A stretch of 62,409 nt of DNA, filler included, from Candidatus Tectimicrobiota bacterium (GCA_016193065.1; 7 parts of 7 records of this genome joined end to end with filler, not necessarily neighbours in it); one strand, 5' to 3'. Positions 50,173-59,298 are shown, counted from the whole stretch's first letter. Notes: generated by a model from the sequence alone, not told the origin. Program-made: numbers and translations.

Positions 50173-50832
50173 GCCAACAACAATGTGCTGCGGATCGACA
50201 CCGAGAGCGGCAAGCCGATCAACTACGGCCCTTGCGCAGGCACCTTCCCGCAGATCAAGGCCGTCACGTTGCGCTGGGTGGGAGCCGTGGCCAAGGAGGT
50301 GGGGATTCCGGTCTTTGCCGGTCGCGGGGCCACCACCTGGCAGGACGCCGTGGAGTTCCTCATGGCGGGGGCCGCCGGGGTCCAATACTGCTCTTCGATC
50401 ATGCTGCGGGGGTTGGGCTATGTGAAAACCCTGGTCGACGGACTGGAAGGGTTCATGATCCGCAAGGACTACCGGAAGATGTCGGAAATCCAGGGGCGCG
50501 CGGTCAAGCACCTGCTGTCGGCCAAGGAATTCATCGAGAAGGTGAAGCCCCGCTATGCCGTCGTTGATCACAAGAAGTGCGAAGGGTGCTTCCGCTGCTA
50601 TGAGGTCTGCTTTTACGACGCCATCAAGAAGCTGCGCCGGAAGATCCAGGTCATCAAAGAGAACTGCGCCGGCTGCACCCTGTGCACGCAGGTGTGCCCT
50701 TCTCAGGCGCTCATCACGAAGGAGAGGGAATCGGTCCTGGAGCACTTCCAGGCCATGGCGGCGGCCCACAAGGACCTGGTGCCCGAGGACATCTACCCCA
50801 GCAAAGAGTTTGAGCAGAAGGTTGTGGCCTGA
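50173..50832 (+). CDS. PreA-like dihydropyrimidine/dihydroorotate dehydrogenase family protein with 2x[4Fe-4S] (5' cut)
   Basis: DAVEFLMAGAAGVQ FMN-barrel end; CEGCFRCYEVC and CAGCTLCTQVCP. Confidence 0.82.
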   Translation, partial: ANNNVLRIDTESGKPINYGPCAGTFPQIKAVTLRWVGAVAKEVGIPVFAGRGATTWQDAVEFLMAGAAGVQYCSSIMLRGLGYVKTLVDGLEGFMIRKDYRKMSEIQGRAVKHLLSAKEFIEKVKPRYAVVDHKKCEGCFRCYEVCFYDAIKKLRRKIQVIKENCAGCTLCTQVCPSQALITKERESVLEHFQAMAAAHKDLVPEDIYPSKEFEQKVVA

Positions 50833-50843
50833 AAGGAGGGACC

Positions 50844-51881
50844 ATGGCCGACTACAGGATCGCCCTGGTCCCCGGAGACGGGGTTGGCCCGGAGGTGATT
50901 TCGTCAGCCCGCCAGGTTCTGGAAGCGGTGGCCGTCAGGACCGGGATCGAATTTGCCTTCGCAAGTTTTCTGGCCGGCAAGGCGGCTTACGACGAGACAG
51001 GCAATTCTCTTCCGGACGCGACTTTGGACGGAATCAGAAACGCGGATGCTGCTTTGATGGGGGCCATGTCCACGGGCCTGGTGCCCCCTCCCAGTCCCAT
51101 GGGGGTCTTGCGCCGGGCCCTTGACCTCTACGCGGACGTGCGGCCTATCCAGTCTTATCCCGGCGTCTGGTGCTTGCGGGACAACCTTGACCTCTACGTG
51201 GTGCGGGAAAATACGGAAGGTTTCCTGGCGGACCGCAACCTTTATAAAGGTTCGGGGGAGTTCATGCCGGATCCGGACACGGTCCTCTCCCTGCGGGTGA
51301 TCACCCGGAAAAATTCCCGGCGCATCGCGCGCTTCTGCTTCGAGCTGGCCCGCAACCTGCGGCGCAAGAAGATCACCGTGGCCCACAAGGCGAACGTCCT
51401 GCGCCTGGGCTGCGGATTCTTCCTGGAGATCGTCCGCGAAGCGGGCAAGGAGTACCCCGAGATCACGCTGGAAGACACGTACGTGGATTCCGTGGCCAAC
51501 GATCTCGTGCGCCACCCCGAGCGCTTCGACGTGATCCTGACCACGAACCTCTTCGGGGATATTCTCTCGGACGAGGCTGCGGCTCTGGTGAGCAGCCTGG
51601 TGCCCACCGCGAACTTCGGCGCGGATTGCGCCCTGTTCCGCCCGATTCACGAGGCTCTCCTCCCCCAGCCGGGAAAAAATGTAGCGAATCCTCTCCCCAC
51701 GATCCTGTGCGGTCAGATGATGCTCGACTGGCTAGGTGAGACCGAGGCTGCCTGGGTCCTTCAGGAAGCGGTGCGCAGGTTCCTTGCAGACGGCAAGGAT
51801 TTCCCCGCCGACCTGGGTGGCAGCGGCACCACGACAGAGGTGACTGTCGCCGTGTGCCGGAAGGTGAAGGAGATCGAGTAA
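50844..51881 (+). CDS. Isocitrate/isopropylmalate dehydrogenase family protein
   Basis: PGDGVGPEV, VRENTEG, HKANV, NLFGDILSD; the C-terminal EPxHG is diverged to RPIHE. Confidence 0.88.
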   Translation: MADYRIALVPGDGVGPEVISSARQVLEAVAVRTGIEFAFASFLAGKAAYDETGNSLPDATLDGIRNADAALMGAMSTGLVPPPSPMGVLRRALDLYADVRPIQSYPGVWCLRDNLDLYVVRENTEGFLADRNLYKGSGEFMPDPDTVLSLRVITRKNSRRIARFCFELARNLRRKKITVAHKANVLRLGCGFFLEIVREAGKEYPEITLEDTYVDSVANDLVRHPERFDVILTTNLFGDILSDEAAALVSSLVPTANFGADCALFRPIHEALLPQPGKNVANPLPTILCGQMMLDWLGETEAAWVLQEAVRRFLADGKDFPADLGGSGTTTEVTVAVCRKVKEIE

Positions 51882-53182
51882 TGGGGATGACTCTGACGGA
51901 AAAGGTCATGGCCCGCAACTCCGGCAGGGAATCCGTCTCTCCCGGTGAGATCGTGGAGGCCGCGGTCAACGTGGCCATGCTTCACGACGTAGGGACCCCG
52001 GGAGTGCAGGAGCCCCTGAAGGCTCTGGGCGTTAGTACGATCCCCTCTGCGCTGGAAGTGGTCATCATCCAGGACCATTTCGTCCCCGCGCCCACCGTGA
52101 AGGCCGCCGAGAACATCAAGCTTACCCAGGAATACGGCGAGCGCATGGGAATTGAGAATTATTACGGGGTAGGCCGGGGCGGGATTTGCCATCAGGTGAT
52201 GCCCGAGAAGGGACACGTGCGTCCGGGGGAGATTATCATCGGGACGGATTCCCACACAACCACTTACGGGGCCTTTGGCGCCCTGGGGACGGGGGTCGGG
52301 GTGACGGACATGGCCATCGTCCTGGGGTTGGGGAAGCTCTGGCTGCGGGTCCCCGGCACGGTTCGCGTCGAGATCACCGGCGTGCTTGGACCCGCCGTCT
52401 CGGCCAAGGACGTCGCTCTCATGCTTCTTAAGGAATTCGGGGAGGACGGGCTTCTCTACGACTCCGTGGAACTTGTGGGCCCGGCCATTGACTCCCTCAG
52501 CATGGACAGCCGCATGTGCCTGTGCGACATGGCCGTGGAGATGGGGGCCAAGTTCGCCGTGGTCCCCCCGGACGAGAAGACCCGCCGGTATTTGCAAGGA
52601 AGAACTCGCAAACCCTTCAGCGAGTTTCACAGTGATCCGGATGCCCGCTTCGAGCGCAGCTTCCAGTTTGACGTCTCCAACCTGAAGCCTCTCGTGGCGA
52701 TCCCTCACAGTCCCTCCAACGTAGAGGAGCTGGACCGCATCGGCTCCGTCTCCATCGACCAGGCCTTCCTCGTTTCTTGCACGAACGGACGGCTGGAAGA
52801 TCTGCGGATCGCGGCGGGCATCCTTAAAGGGAAGAAGGTCCATCCCCGCGTGCGTCTCATCGTGGCCCCCGCCTCCCGGGACGTTTACCTCCAGGCGCTG
52901 GATGAGGGCCTGATCCGCACCTTCGTGGAGGCGGAAGGGACCGTGACTCCGCCCACCTGCGGGGCCTGCGTGGGAGGCCACCTGGGGCTTCTGGCCTCCG
53001 GGGAGGTGTGCATCTCTTCCTCCAACCGGAACTTCCGCGGCCGCATGGGGAGCAAGGACGCCGCCGTCTATCTTGCTTCTCCGGCCACCGTGGCGGCTTC
53101 GGCCCTGGCCGGAAAGATCGTGCCTGCCTGCCGCGCCAAGCGTCGCGGCGCAGGCAGGGACCCCCGGGAGGTGCTGTCATGA
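51881..53182 (+). CDS. LeuC/HacA-family aconitase-type dehydratase, large subunit
   Basis: DH, GICHQ, DSHT, SCTNGR, CGAC, NRNFRGRMG. Confidence 0.92.
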   Translation: MGMTLTEKVMARNSGRESVSPGEIVEAAVNVAMLHDVGTPGVQEPLKALGVSTIPSALEVVIIQDHFVPAPTVKAAENIKLTQEYGERMGIENYYGVGRGGICHQVMPEKGHVRPGEIIIGTDSHTTTYGAFGALGTGVGVTDMAIVLGLGKLWLRVPGTVRVEITGVLGPAVSAKDVALMLLKEFGEDGLLYDSVELVGPAIDSLSMDSRMCLCDMAVEMGAKFAVVPPDEKTRRYLQGRTRKPFSEFHSDPDARFERSFQFDVSNLKPLVAIPHSPSNVEELDRIGSVSIDQAFLVSCTNGRLEDLRIAAGILKGKKVHPRVRLIVAPASRDVYLQALDEGLIRTFVEAEGTVTPPTCGACVGGHLGLLASGEVCISSSNRNFRGRMGSKDAAVYLASPATVAASALAGKIVPACRAKRRGAGRDPREVLS

Positions 53183-53709
53183 TCCTCAAGGGCAGAGTGT
53201 GGAGGTACGGCGACAACGTGGATACCGACGTACTTTACCCGAGCAAGTACCTGGTCACCTTCGATCTGTCCGAGGTGGGCAAGCATGCCCTGGAGGGGCT
53301 GGACCCGGAATTCAGCCGGGAGGTCAAGGCCGGAGACATCATCGTGGCCGGCCGGAATTTCGGCTGCGGCTCGGCCCGGGAGCAGGCCGCCACGGCCATC
53401 AAGGCGGCCGGCGTCAGCGTGATGCTGGCCGAGTCCTTCTCCCGCACCTTCTACCGCAATGCGATCAACGTGGGTCTTCCCGTGCTGGTTGTTCCGGGGA
53501 TCGGCAAGCTCTGTGCAAAAGGAGATCTTCTGGAGGTAAGACTGGAGGAAGGGAGAATCCGCAATCTCGGCTCCGGCAGCGAACTGCAGGTCGCGCCGCT
53601 GCCCGACTTTGTCCTTCAAATACTCGCCAAGGGGGGGGCGATTCCTTACTACAGAGAAAGGATGGCCCCGCATGGTAGAGTCCAAGATAAGACGACAGGA
53701 GTTCGATGA
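53179..53709 (+). CDS. LeuD/HacB-family dehydratase, small subunit
   Basis: GDNVDTD, NFGCGSARE, FYRNAINVGLP. Confidence 0.92.
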   Translation: MILKGRVWRYGDNVDTDVLYPSKYLVTFDLSEVGKHALEGLDPEFSREVKAGDIIVAGRNFGCGSAREQAATAIKAAGVSVMLAESFSRTFYRNAINVGLPVLVVPGIGKLCAKGDLLEVRLEEGRIRNLGSGSELQVAPLPDFVLQILAKGGAIPYYRERMAPHGRVQDKTTGVR

Positions 53710-54364
53710 GCAGTTCCGCCCCAGACTCGAAAAGCTCGCCACCACGAACCTAGCGGACGCCTGCGACAAGGTCGGGATCCGCGGCGCCGTCATCGGGATC
53801 CGTCCCCTGTTCGGCTCCCCGAAGGTCATAGGCCGCGCCCTCACCATCAAGATCACCGCTTCCGGAATGGCCTTGGCCTCCCGGCACCTGGGGATTGACG
53901 TCATCGCCCTGGCCGAGCGCGGCGACGTGGTCGCCATCGATAACCGGGGGGATCTCTACAACAACTGCTGGGGGGAGATCCTGTCCTACGCCGCCCGGGA
54001 GAAGGGCGTTTCCGGCGTCGTGATTGACGGAGCTGCCCGGGACATCGACGCTTGCCAGGAGATCAACTTCCCCGTCTGTGCGCGAGGGGTGGTTCCCATC
54101 ACGGCCCGTGGGCGGATCATGCAGGAGAGCTTCAACACGATCATCCGCCTGGGGGACGTGCAGGTGAGGCCTGGGGACGTGATTGTCGCCGACGTGAACG
54201 GCGTCGTGGTGATACCGCCCGAGCGTCTCGAAGAAATTCTGGGAGCCGCGGAGGAAATCGCCGCCAAGGAGGCGCAGATGGTCTCCGAGATCCTGGCCGG
54301 AGGGGACATCCTGGAGATCGACAAGAAGTATTCCTACGAGAGCATGCTGAAGAAAAAAGAGTGA
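53672..54364 (+). CDS. RraA / HMG-CHA aldolase family protein
   Basis: NLADA, WGEI, IDGAARD, VRPGDVIVADVNG. Confidence 0.88.
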   Translation: MVESKIRRQEFDEQFRPRLEKLATTNLADACDKVGIRGAVIGIRPLFGSPKVIGRALTIKITASGMALASRHLGIDVIALAERGDVVAIDNRGDLYNNCWGEILSYAAREKGVSGVVIDGAARDIDACQEINFPVCARGVVPITARGRIMQESFNTIIRLGDVQVRPGDVIVADVNGVVVIPPERLEEILGAAEEIAAKEAQMVSEILAGGDILEIDKKYSYESMLKKKE

Positions 54365-54399
54365 GTGGGGGGAGAGGGGCAGGGGGCTCAGGAGACATC

Positions 54400-55059
54400 A
54401 TGGAAAATAACACAAAGGAACTCGTCAGGCAATTCGCAGAGCTGTCCACGGCCACCGTTTCCGACGCTCTGGACCGCTTCGGCATCAAGGGAGGGTGCGA
54501 GGGGATCGTCCCCATCGGCCAGGGGATGAGGCTCCTGGGTCCGGCTTTCACGGTGCGCTATCTCCCCGTCGGGGTCGTGAAAGGGACCGTCGGGGACTAC
54601 ATCGACGACGTGCAGCCGGGAGAGGTCGTCGTCCTGGACAACGGCGGGCGCCTGTTCTGCACCGTGTGGGGGGACATTCTCACCATCTTCGCCAAAATAA
54701 AAGGGGTGGCCGGCACTGTGATCGACGGGGTCTGCCGTGACGTCCCCGCCATCCTGGCGGAAGGATATCCGGTTTTCTCCCGTGGGAAATTCGTGATGAC
54801 GGGTAAGGACCGGGTCGAGGTCGCGGGAGTGCAAGTGCCCGTTTCCCTGGGAAACGTGCAGGTGAAGCCCGGCGACATCGTCTTCGGCGACGACAGCGGG
54901 GTGATTGTCATCCCCGCCGAGAAGGCCCGCGAGGTTCTGGACGCGGCCCTTGAAATCGAGAGAGCCGAGAAAGGGATCGAGGAGATGCTGCGCCAGGGGT
55001 ACACGATCCGAGAGGCCCGCCAGAAGTATCAGTACCACTCCCTGCAGAGCAAGAAGTAA
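54400..55059 (+). CDS. RraA / HMG-CHA aldolase family protein (second paralog)
   Basis: TVSDALD, WGDI, IDGVCRD, VKPGDIVFGDDSG. Confidence 0.88.
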   Translation: MENNTKELVRQFAELSTATVSDALDRFGIKGGCEGIVPIGQGMRLLGPAFTVRYLPVGVVKGTVGDYIDDVQPGEVVVLDNGGRLFCTVWGDILTIFAKIKGVAGTVIDGVCRDVPAILAEGYPVFSRGKFVMTGKDRVEVAGVQVPVSLGNVQVKPGDIVFGDDSGVIVIPAEKAREVLDAALEIERAEKGIEEMLRQGYTIREARQKYQYHSLQSKK

Positions 55060-55073
55060 GAAAGGAAAGGTTC

Positions 55074-55151
55074 ATGGAATACTCCCAACAACTCTCCGAG
55101 TACGCCGCCCATCTCAAGTTCGAGGATCTCCCTCCCAAGGTGGTCGAGGCC
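55074..55151 (+). CDS. MmgE/PrpD family protein, N-terminus (cut by contig end)
   Basis: Manual translation MEYSQQLSEYAAHLKFEDLPPKVVEA; AAGG RBS. Confidence 0.65.
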
Positions 55152-55251
55152 NNNNNNNNNNNNNNNNNNNNNNNNNNNNNNNNNNNNNNNNNNNNTTAAT
55201 TAATTAANNNNNNNNNNNNNNNNNNNNNNNNNNNNNNNNNNNNNNNNNNNN
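55152..55251. other. Artificial contig linker
   Basis: N-run, TTAATTAATTAA, N-run. Confidence 0.98.
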
Positions 55252-55391
55252 CGGAGTCCATGGAGGTCGAGATCCGCGGCTCCATCGACAAGGAGCTGGA
55301 TGACGCCGTCGAGTTTGCGCGCCGCAGCCCGCTGCCGGCCCCCGAGGAGGCCCTGGAGCACGTCTTTGCTTCACCGGTCAAATACCTGTAG
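55252..55391 (+). CDS. TPP-dependent dehydrogenase E1 alpha subunit, C-terminal fragment
   Basis: Manual translation ..DKELDDAVEFARRSPLPAPEEALEHVFA..*; upstream of E1 beta. Confidence 0.75.
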
Positions 55392-55521
55392 CAGGCCGCT
55401 GAACAACCCTCCGTTCGCCCTCACCCGGAAGCCGGGTACCCGGGTTCCGGGTGAGGGCGAACGGAGGAAAGCTCGAAATCATTGATCATTTTCCGTTCGT
55501 GGTGAGCTTGTCGAACCACGA
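55389..55521. repeat. Composite REP-like element (CCGTTC..GAACGG family)
   Basis: Long palindrome at 55411-55464 centred on GGGTACCC, then CCGTTCGTGGTGAGCTTGTCGAACCACGA at 55493-55521. Confidence 0.75.
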
Positions 55522-55534
55522 TAAGGAGAGTCCC

Positions 55535-56524
55535 GTGGCTGCCAGAGAAACACGCTACCTCAACGCGATCAGCGAGGCTCTGCAAGAAGAGATGCGTCGT
55601 GACCCCTCGGTCTTCGTCATCGGCGAGGACGTGCGGGCCGGCGCCTTCGGCTACACCATGGGAATGGTCGCCGAGTTCGGTGAGGAGCGGATCATCAACA
55701 CCCCCATTTCCGAGTCGGGATTCTGCGGGGCCGCCCTGGGCGCGGCCATGCACGGGCTCAGGCCCGTCGTGGATCTCAAGATCTCCTCGTTCATGTACGT
55801 GGCCCTGGACCCGATCGTTAACGGAGCTGCCAAAGTACGCTACATGTTCGGCGGCCAGACCAAGGTCCCCCTCGTGTACCTGTGCCGCAGCGGCGCCTCC
55901 GGCAACAATGCGGCCCAGCATTCGGACAACCTCTACCCCCTACTCATCAACTCGCCGGGGCTCAAGGTGGTCACCCCGGCCGACGCCTATGACATGAAAG
56001 GGCTCCTCAAGACGGCGATCCGGGACGACGATCCGGTGGCGGTCCTGGCCACCGTGCGCGGCACCTCGGCCATGGTTCCGGAAGAGGATTACACGATCCC
56101 CCTCGGGCAGGGAGCCTTGAAGAGAACGGGGAAAGACGTCACCATTGTAGCCGTCATGAACCTGGTGACCGAGGCGCTGAGCGCCGCCGGGGAACTGGAG
56201 AAAGAGGGAATTTCCGTCGAAGTCGTGGATCCCAGGACGCTGGTGCCCCTGGACCGCGACCTGATCCTGGCCTCCGTAGCCAAGACGGGTCGAGTCGTCA
56301 TCGCGGATGACTCCCCGAGGTCCTGTGGCTTCGCCGCGGAAGTGGCGGCCCTGGTGGCCGAAGAAGTACTCGACGCACTGAAGGCCCCCATCCGCCGGGT
56401 GACCCGCTTGAACGTCCCCATCCCGTACAGCACCCCCATGGAAAACCTGGTTCTGCCGAGCCGCGAAAAGATTCTTACGGCGGTGCGAGAAACCGTATCC
56501 TCTCCCCGCAGAGGACAGACTTGA
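55535..56524 (+). CDS. 2-oxoacid/acetoin dehydrogenase E1 beta subunit
   Basis: GEDV, NTPISESG, AAQHS, EVVDPRTLVPLD; AAGGAG RBS before GTG. Confidence 0.92.
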   Translation: MAARETRYLNAISEALQEEMRRDPSVFVIGEDVRAGAFGYTMGMVAEFGEERIINTPISESGFCGAALGAAMHGLRPVVDLKISSFMYVALDPIVNGAAKVRYMFGGQTKVPLVYLCRSGASGNNAAQHSDNLYPLLINSPGLKVVTPADAYDMKGLLKTAIRDDDPVAVLATVRGTSAMVPEEDYTIPLGQGALKRTGKDVTIVAVMNLVTEALSAAGELEKEGISVEVVDPRTLVPLDRDLILASVAKTGRVVIADDSPRSCGFAAEVAALVAEEVLDALKAPIRRVTRLNVPIPYSTPMENLVLPSREKILTAVRETVSSPRRGQT

Positions 56525-56540
56525 AAAGGAGAATCCCTGG

Positions 56541-56771
56541 ATGTACGAGATCCTCATGCCCAAACTCGGAATGGACATGACCGAAGGGAAAATCAACCGC
56601 TGGCTTGTTTCCGAGGGATCCCCGGTCACGAAAGGGGATCCCATCGTAGAGATCGAAACGGACAAGACCGTGATGGAACTGGAAGCGGGCGAATCCGGAG
56701 TCCTCAAACAGATCCTGGTGGGTCCTGACAGCGTGGTCCCCCCCGGGGAGGTCCTCGGAATCATCGAGTAG
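56541..56771 (+). CDS. Stand-alone lipoyl-carrier domain
   Basis: MPKLG..MTEG, IETDKTVME lipoyl-Lys motif; stops after 76 aa. Confidence 0.88.
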   Translation: MYEILMPKLGMDMTEGKINRWLVSEGSPVTKGDPIVEIETDKTVMELEAGESGVLKQILVGPDSVVPPGEVLGIIE

Positions 56772-56799
56772 CACAAAGAACCGGTTGGAGGGTGTAACC

Positions 56800-57816
56800 A
56801 TGAACCGGCACTTTTCTCGGCAGTCGATCCTGGTAGTGCTGATTCTCTGCACGATTGTCTTCGGCTCTCTCCAGGCCCAAGGAGCCGAGTCGGCCCGCCA
56901 GGTCACCCTGGCGGTGAACCCGGGCCTGGCATCCGTCGCCTATCTCTGGCTCGCGAAAGACGCCGGTCTCTTCGACAAATACGGGCTCAACGTGCGATTC
57001 AACTGGGGATACGGGCAAAACCTGCCGGCTACCCTCATTGCCGGTGAGGTCCCCGTGGCCACCGGGGCGGACGCTCAGGCCTTGAACGCCCAGGCGGCGG
57101 GACAGGATATCGTCATCGCTTCCAGCGCCGTGAGCCTCCTGGCCCAGGAACTCACGGCTCGCGGCGACGTGAAGTCCCCGCAGCAGATCAAGGGGAAGCG
57201 CTTCGGTGCCTACCTTCCCGGCTCCCCCGTCCATGTTTCCACATTGATCGCCCTCAAGTACATGGGGCTTGATCCGAAGCGGGACCAGATCTCCATCATC
57301 TCCATCGGTCCCCCCAGCGACCGCTTGCAGGCGTTGCTGGCCGGCAGCGTGGACGTGACGATCCTGGATTCAGGTTCCACGAAAGCCTTTGCCGGACAGG
57401 GTCTGCACGTCCTCCTGGACCTGGTGGACTTGAAGATCCCTTACAACCAGGCCTCTCTTCTCACCACCAAGACCTTGCTGCGCAACCAGCGTGCGCTCCT
57501 GGAAGCGATCTTCAAGGGGAGCCTGGAAGGGATCGCCTATGTCTTGCGGCCTGAGAACCGATCCAAGGCTCTTGCTCTCATGAACAAGCAGATGAGACTC
57601 GGGGATCCGGAAAAGGCGGCTCCGTTCTACGAGGCCTTGCTGCGCAGCTACGCCCGAAAGCCCTATGCCAGCGTGGAAGGAGTCCGGAGCGTCCAGGCTG
57701 CGCTCAAAGAGGTAAACCCGAAGGTGGCCGGCGTTGATCCGGCCCAGGTGATCGACGACAGCCTGCTGCGGGAAATCGACGCGAGCGGCTTCATCGACAG
57801 CCTGTACAAGAAGTGA
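56800..57816 (+). CDS. NitT/TauT (NMT1/THI5-like) ABC substrate-binding protein
   Basis: Signal peptide; AKDAGLFDKYGL, IKGKRFG, RLQALLAGSVD, IDDSLLREI..SGF. Confidence 0.85.
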   Translation: MNRHFSRQSILVVLILCTIVFGSLQAQGAESARQVTLAVNPGLASVAYLWLAKDAGLFDKYGLNVRFNWGYGQNLPATLIAGEVPVATGADAQALNAQAAGQDIVIASSAVSLLAQELTARGDVKSPQQIKGKRFGAYLPGSPVHVSTLIALKYMGLDPKRDQISIISIGPPSDRLQALLAGSVDVTILDSGSTKAFAGQGLHVLLDLVDLKIPYNQASLLTTKTLLRNQRALLEAIFKGSLEGIAYVLRPENRSKALALMNKQMRLGDPEKAAPFYEALLRSYARKPYASVEGVRSVQAALKEVNPKVAGVDPAQVIDDSLLREIDASGFIDSLYKK

Positions 57817-57825
57817 CCATTCTCT

Positions 57826-57910
57826 CCGTTCGCCTTCACCCGGAAACCGCACCCGCTTCGCGGGTACCCGCGGTCGAAGGGTGAACGGAGATTTTTCAGC
57901 AGCCTTCTAG
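57826..57910. repeat. REP-like element, inverted relative of 55389-55464
   Basis: The reverse complement reads TAGAAGGCTGCTGAAAAATCTCCGTTCACCCT..GGGTACCC..TTCCGGGTGAAGGCGAACGG. Confidence 0.72.
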
Positions 57911-57928
57911 GCTCTTTGAGGGGGAGGA

Positions 57929-58798
57929 GTGGCAGCCAAAGAGATACGGATCGGCACCGCCGGCTGGAGTTATCCGACAGGAGCAGGGAGCTGGAGCGGA
58001 GTTTTCTATCCGAAAGGGCGGGGCGACGAGCTCGAGTTCTATGCCCGCTACTTCGACATCGTAGAGATCAACTCCACCTTCTACCGGCCCCACACCCCCG
58101 CCATGGCTTCCGCCTGGGTGCGCCGGACGCCCCGGGACTTCAAGTTCGCCGTCAAGCTCTGGCAGAAATTCACTCATCCCAGGATGTTCGAGGCCCAATC
58201 CGGCCAGTCCGAGAACCCCACCGCCACCGATGCGGACCAGTTTCGCCGCAGCCTGGAGCCCCTGGTGCGGGCGGGAAAGTTGAGCGCCCTGCTCATTCAA
58301 CTCCCCCCTTCCTGCCACAACGGCGAGGCAAGCCGGGAGAAACTGACCTGGACGCTGCGGCAATTCCGCGACTACCCGCTCGTCGTCGAGTTTCGCCACC
58401 AGAGCTGGAGCGAGTCCACCGCGGCCACCGACCGCTTCCTGGCCGAGTACAAGGCCTCCTGGGTGCAGATCGACGAGCCCAAGTTCGAATCTTCCATCCA
58501 GCAGGATTTCCGCCCTCACGGCCCCCATTACTACCTGCGCTTCCACGGCCGCAACAAAGACCAATGGTGGGCCAAGGAGGCCAACGAGAAACGCTACGAT
58601 TATCTCTACACCCGGGAAGAACTGGAACCTTTTGCTGAAAAGGTCAAGGAAGCGCCCGCTCAGACGGTCTCCGTCATCTTCAACAACCACTACGGCGGCA
58701 AGTCCCTGGCCAACGCCCTCCAGTTCCTCGCCCTCCTCGGGCAAGAAACCGAGAGGCCTCCGGACAGCCTCGTCTCAAAATTCTCCTTCCTGAAATAG
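57929..58798 (+). CDS. DUF72 family protein
   Basis: IGTAGWSY, VEINSTFY, LIQLPPS, VEFRH.SW, YLRFHGRN, RYDYLY, FNNH. Confidence 0.92.
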   Translation: MAAKEIRIGTAGWSYPTGAGSWSGVFYPKGRGDELEFYARYFDIVEINSTFYRPHTPAMASAWVRRTPRDFKFAVKLWQKFTHPRMFEAQSGQSENPTATDADQFRRSLEPLVRAGKLSALLIQLPPSCHNGEASREKLTWTLRQFRDYPLVVEFRHQSWSESTAATDRFLAEYKASWVQIDEPKFESSIQQDFRPHGPHYYLRFHGRNKDQWWAKEANEKRYDYLYTREELEPFAEKVKEAPAQTVSVIFNNHYGGKSLANALQFLALLGQETERPPDSLVSKFSFLK

Positions 58799-58810
58799 CT
58801 CTCTAATTGC

Positions 58811-58860
58811 CGTCATTCCGGCTTTTTCTTGTCGTCATTCCGGCGAAGGCCGGAATTCAG
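58811..58860. repeat. GTCATTCCGGC..GCCGGAAT REP-like palindrome with a partial tandem copy
   Basis: CGTCATTCCGGC at 58811 and CGTCATTCCGGCGAAGGCCGGAATTCAG at 58833. Confidence 0.6.
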
Positions 58861-58922
58861 GCTTTTTCATTTCCCCTCCCCTTCTCCATTCCATCCTCCT
58901 CCCTCCCATCTTTCTTTTTTTA

Positions 58923-58961
58923 TCCCCTCTACCCTTTGGGGAGAGGGGAGAGGGTGAGGGG
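58923..58961. repeat. REP-like palindrome, inverted relative of 2078-2118
   Basis: TCCCCTCTACCCTTTGGGGAGAGGGGAGAGGGTGAGGGG. Confidence 0.65.
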
Positions 58962-59009
58962 TCTTCCTGAGCCACTGATATCCTCAGCTATGCTATACTT
59001 TCCCAGTGT

Positions 59010-59096
59010 GCCGGGGTGGCGGAATTGGTAGACGCACGGGACTTAAAATCCCGGGCCTGAAAGGGCATGCGGGTTCGACTCCCGCCCTCGGCACCA
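59010..59096 (+). tRNA. tRNA-Leu (anticodon TAA)
   Basis: Acceptor GCCGGGG/CTCGGC, D-arm GCGGAATTGGTAGACGC, anticodon arm CGGGA-CTTAAAA-TCCCG, long variable arm, GGTTCGA T-loop, encoded CCA. Confidence 0.97.
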
Positions 59097-59151
59097 GAGA
59101 TTTCAATCCCTTCTCCCATGCGCTTATCACTTCCGTCTTCCCCGATTCCTG

Positions 59152-59193
59152 AAATTGTGCCCAAATTGTGCCCAAACTCATGAACCTGTGCCC
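59152..59193 (+). repeat. Short direct repeats downstream of the tRNA (integrase arm-site-like)
   Basis: AAATTGTGCCC twice in tandem, plus AACCTGTGCCC. Confidence 0.6.
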
Positions 59194-59198
59194 GCAGA

Positions 59199-59298
59199 NN
59201 NNNNNNNNNNNNNNNNNNNNNNNNNNNNNNNNNNNNNNNNNNTTAATTAATTAANNNNNNNNNNNNNNNNNNNNNNNNNNNNNNNNNNNNNNNNNNNN
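59199..59298. other. Artificial contig linker
   Basis: N-run, TTAATTAATTAA, N-run. Confidence 0.98.

Noticed and set aside
50844-53709. Naming these genes leuB, leuC and leuD
   Set aside because: Family membership is clear, but the context (RraA, MmgE/PrpD, no leuA) argues against assuming leucine biosynthesis.
58807-59181. Small ORFs 58807-59031 and 58993-59181
   Set aside because: They are translations of REP-like repeats, a pyrimidine tract and the tRNA.
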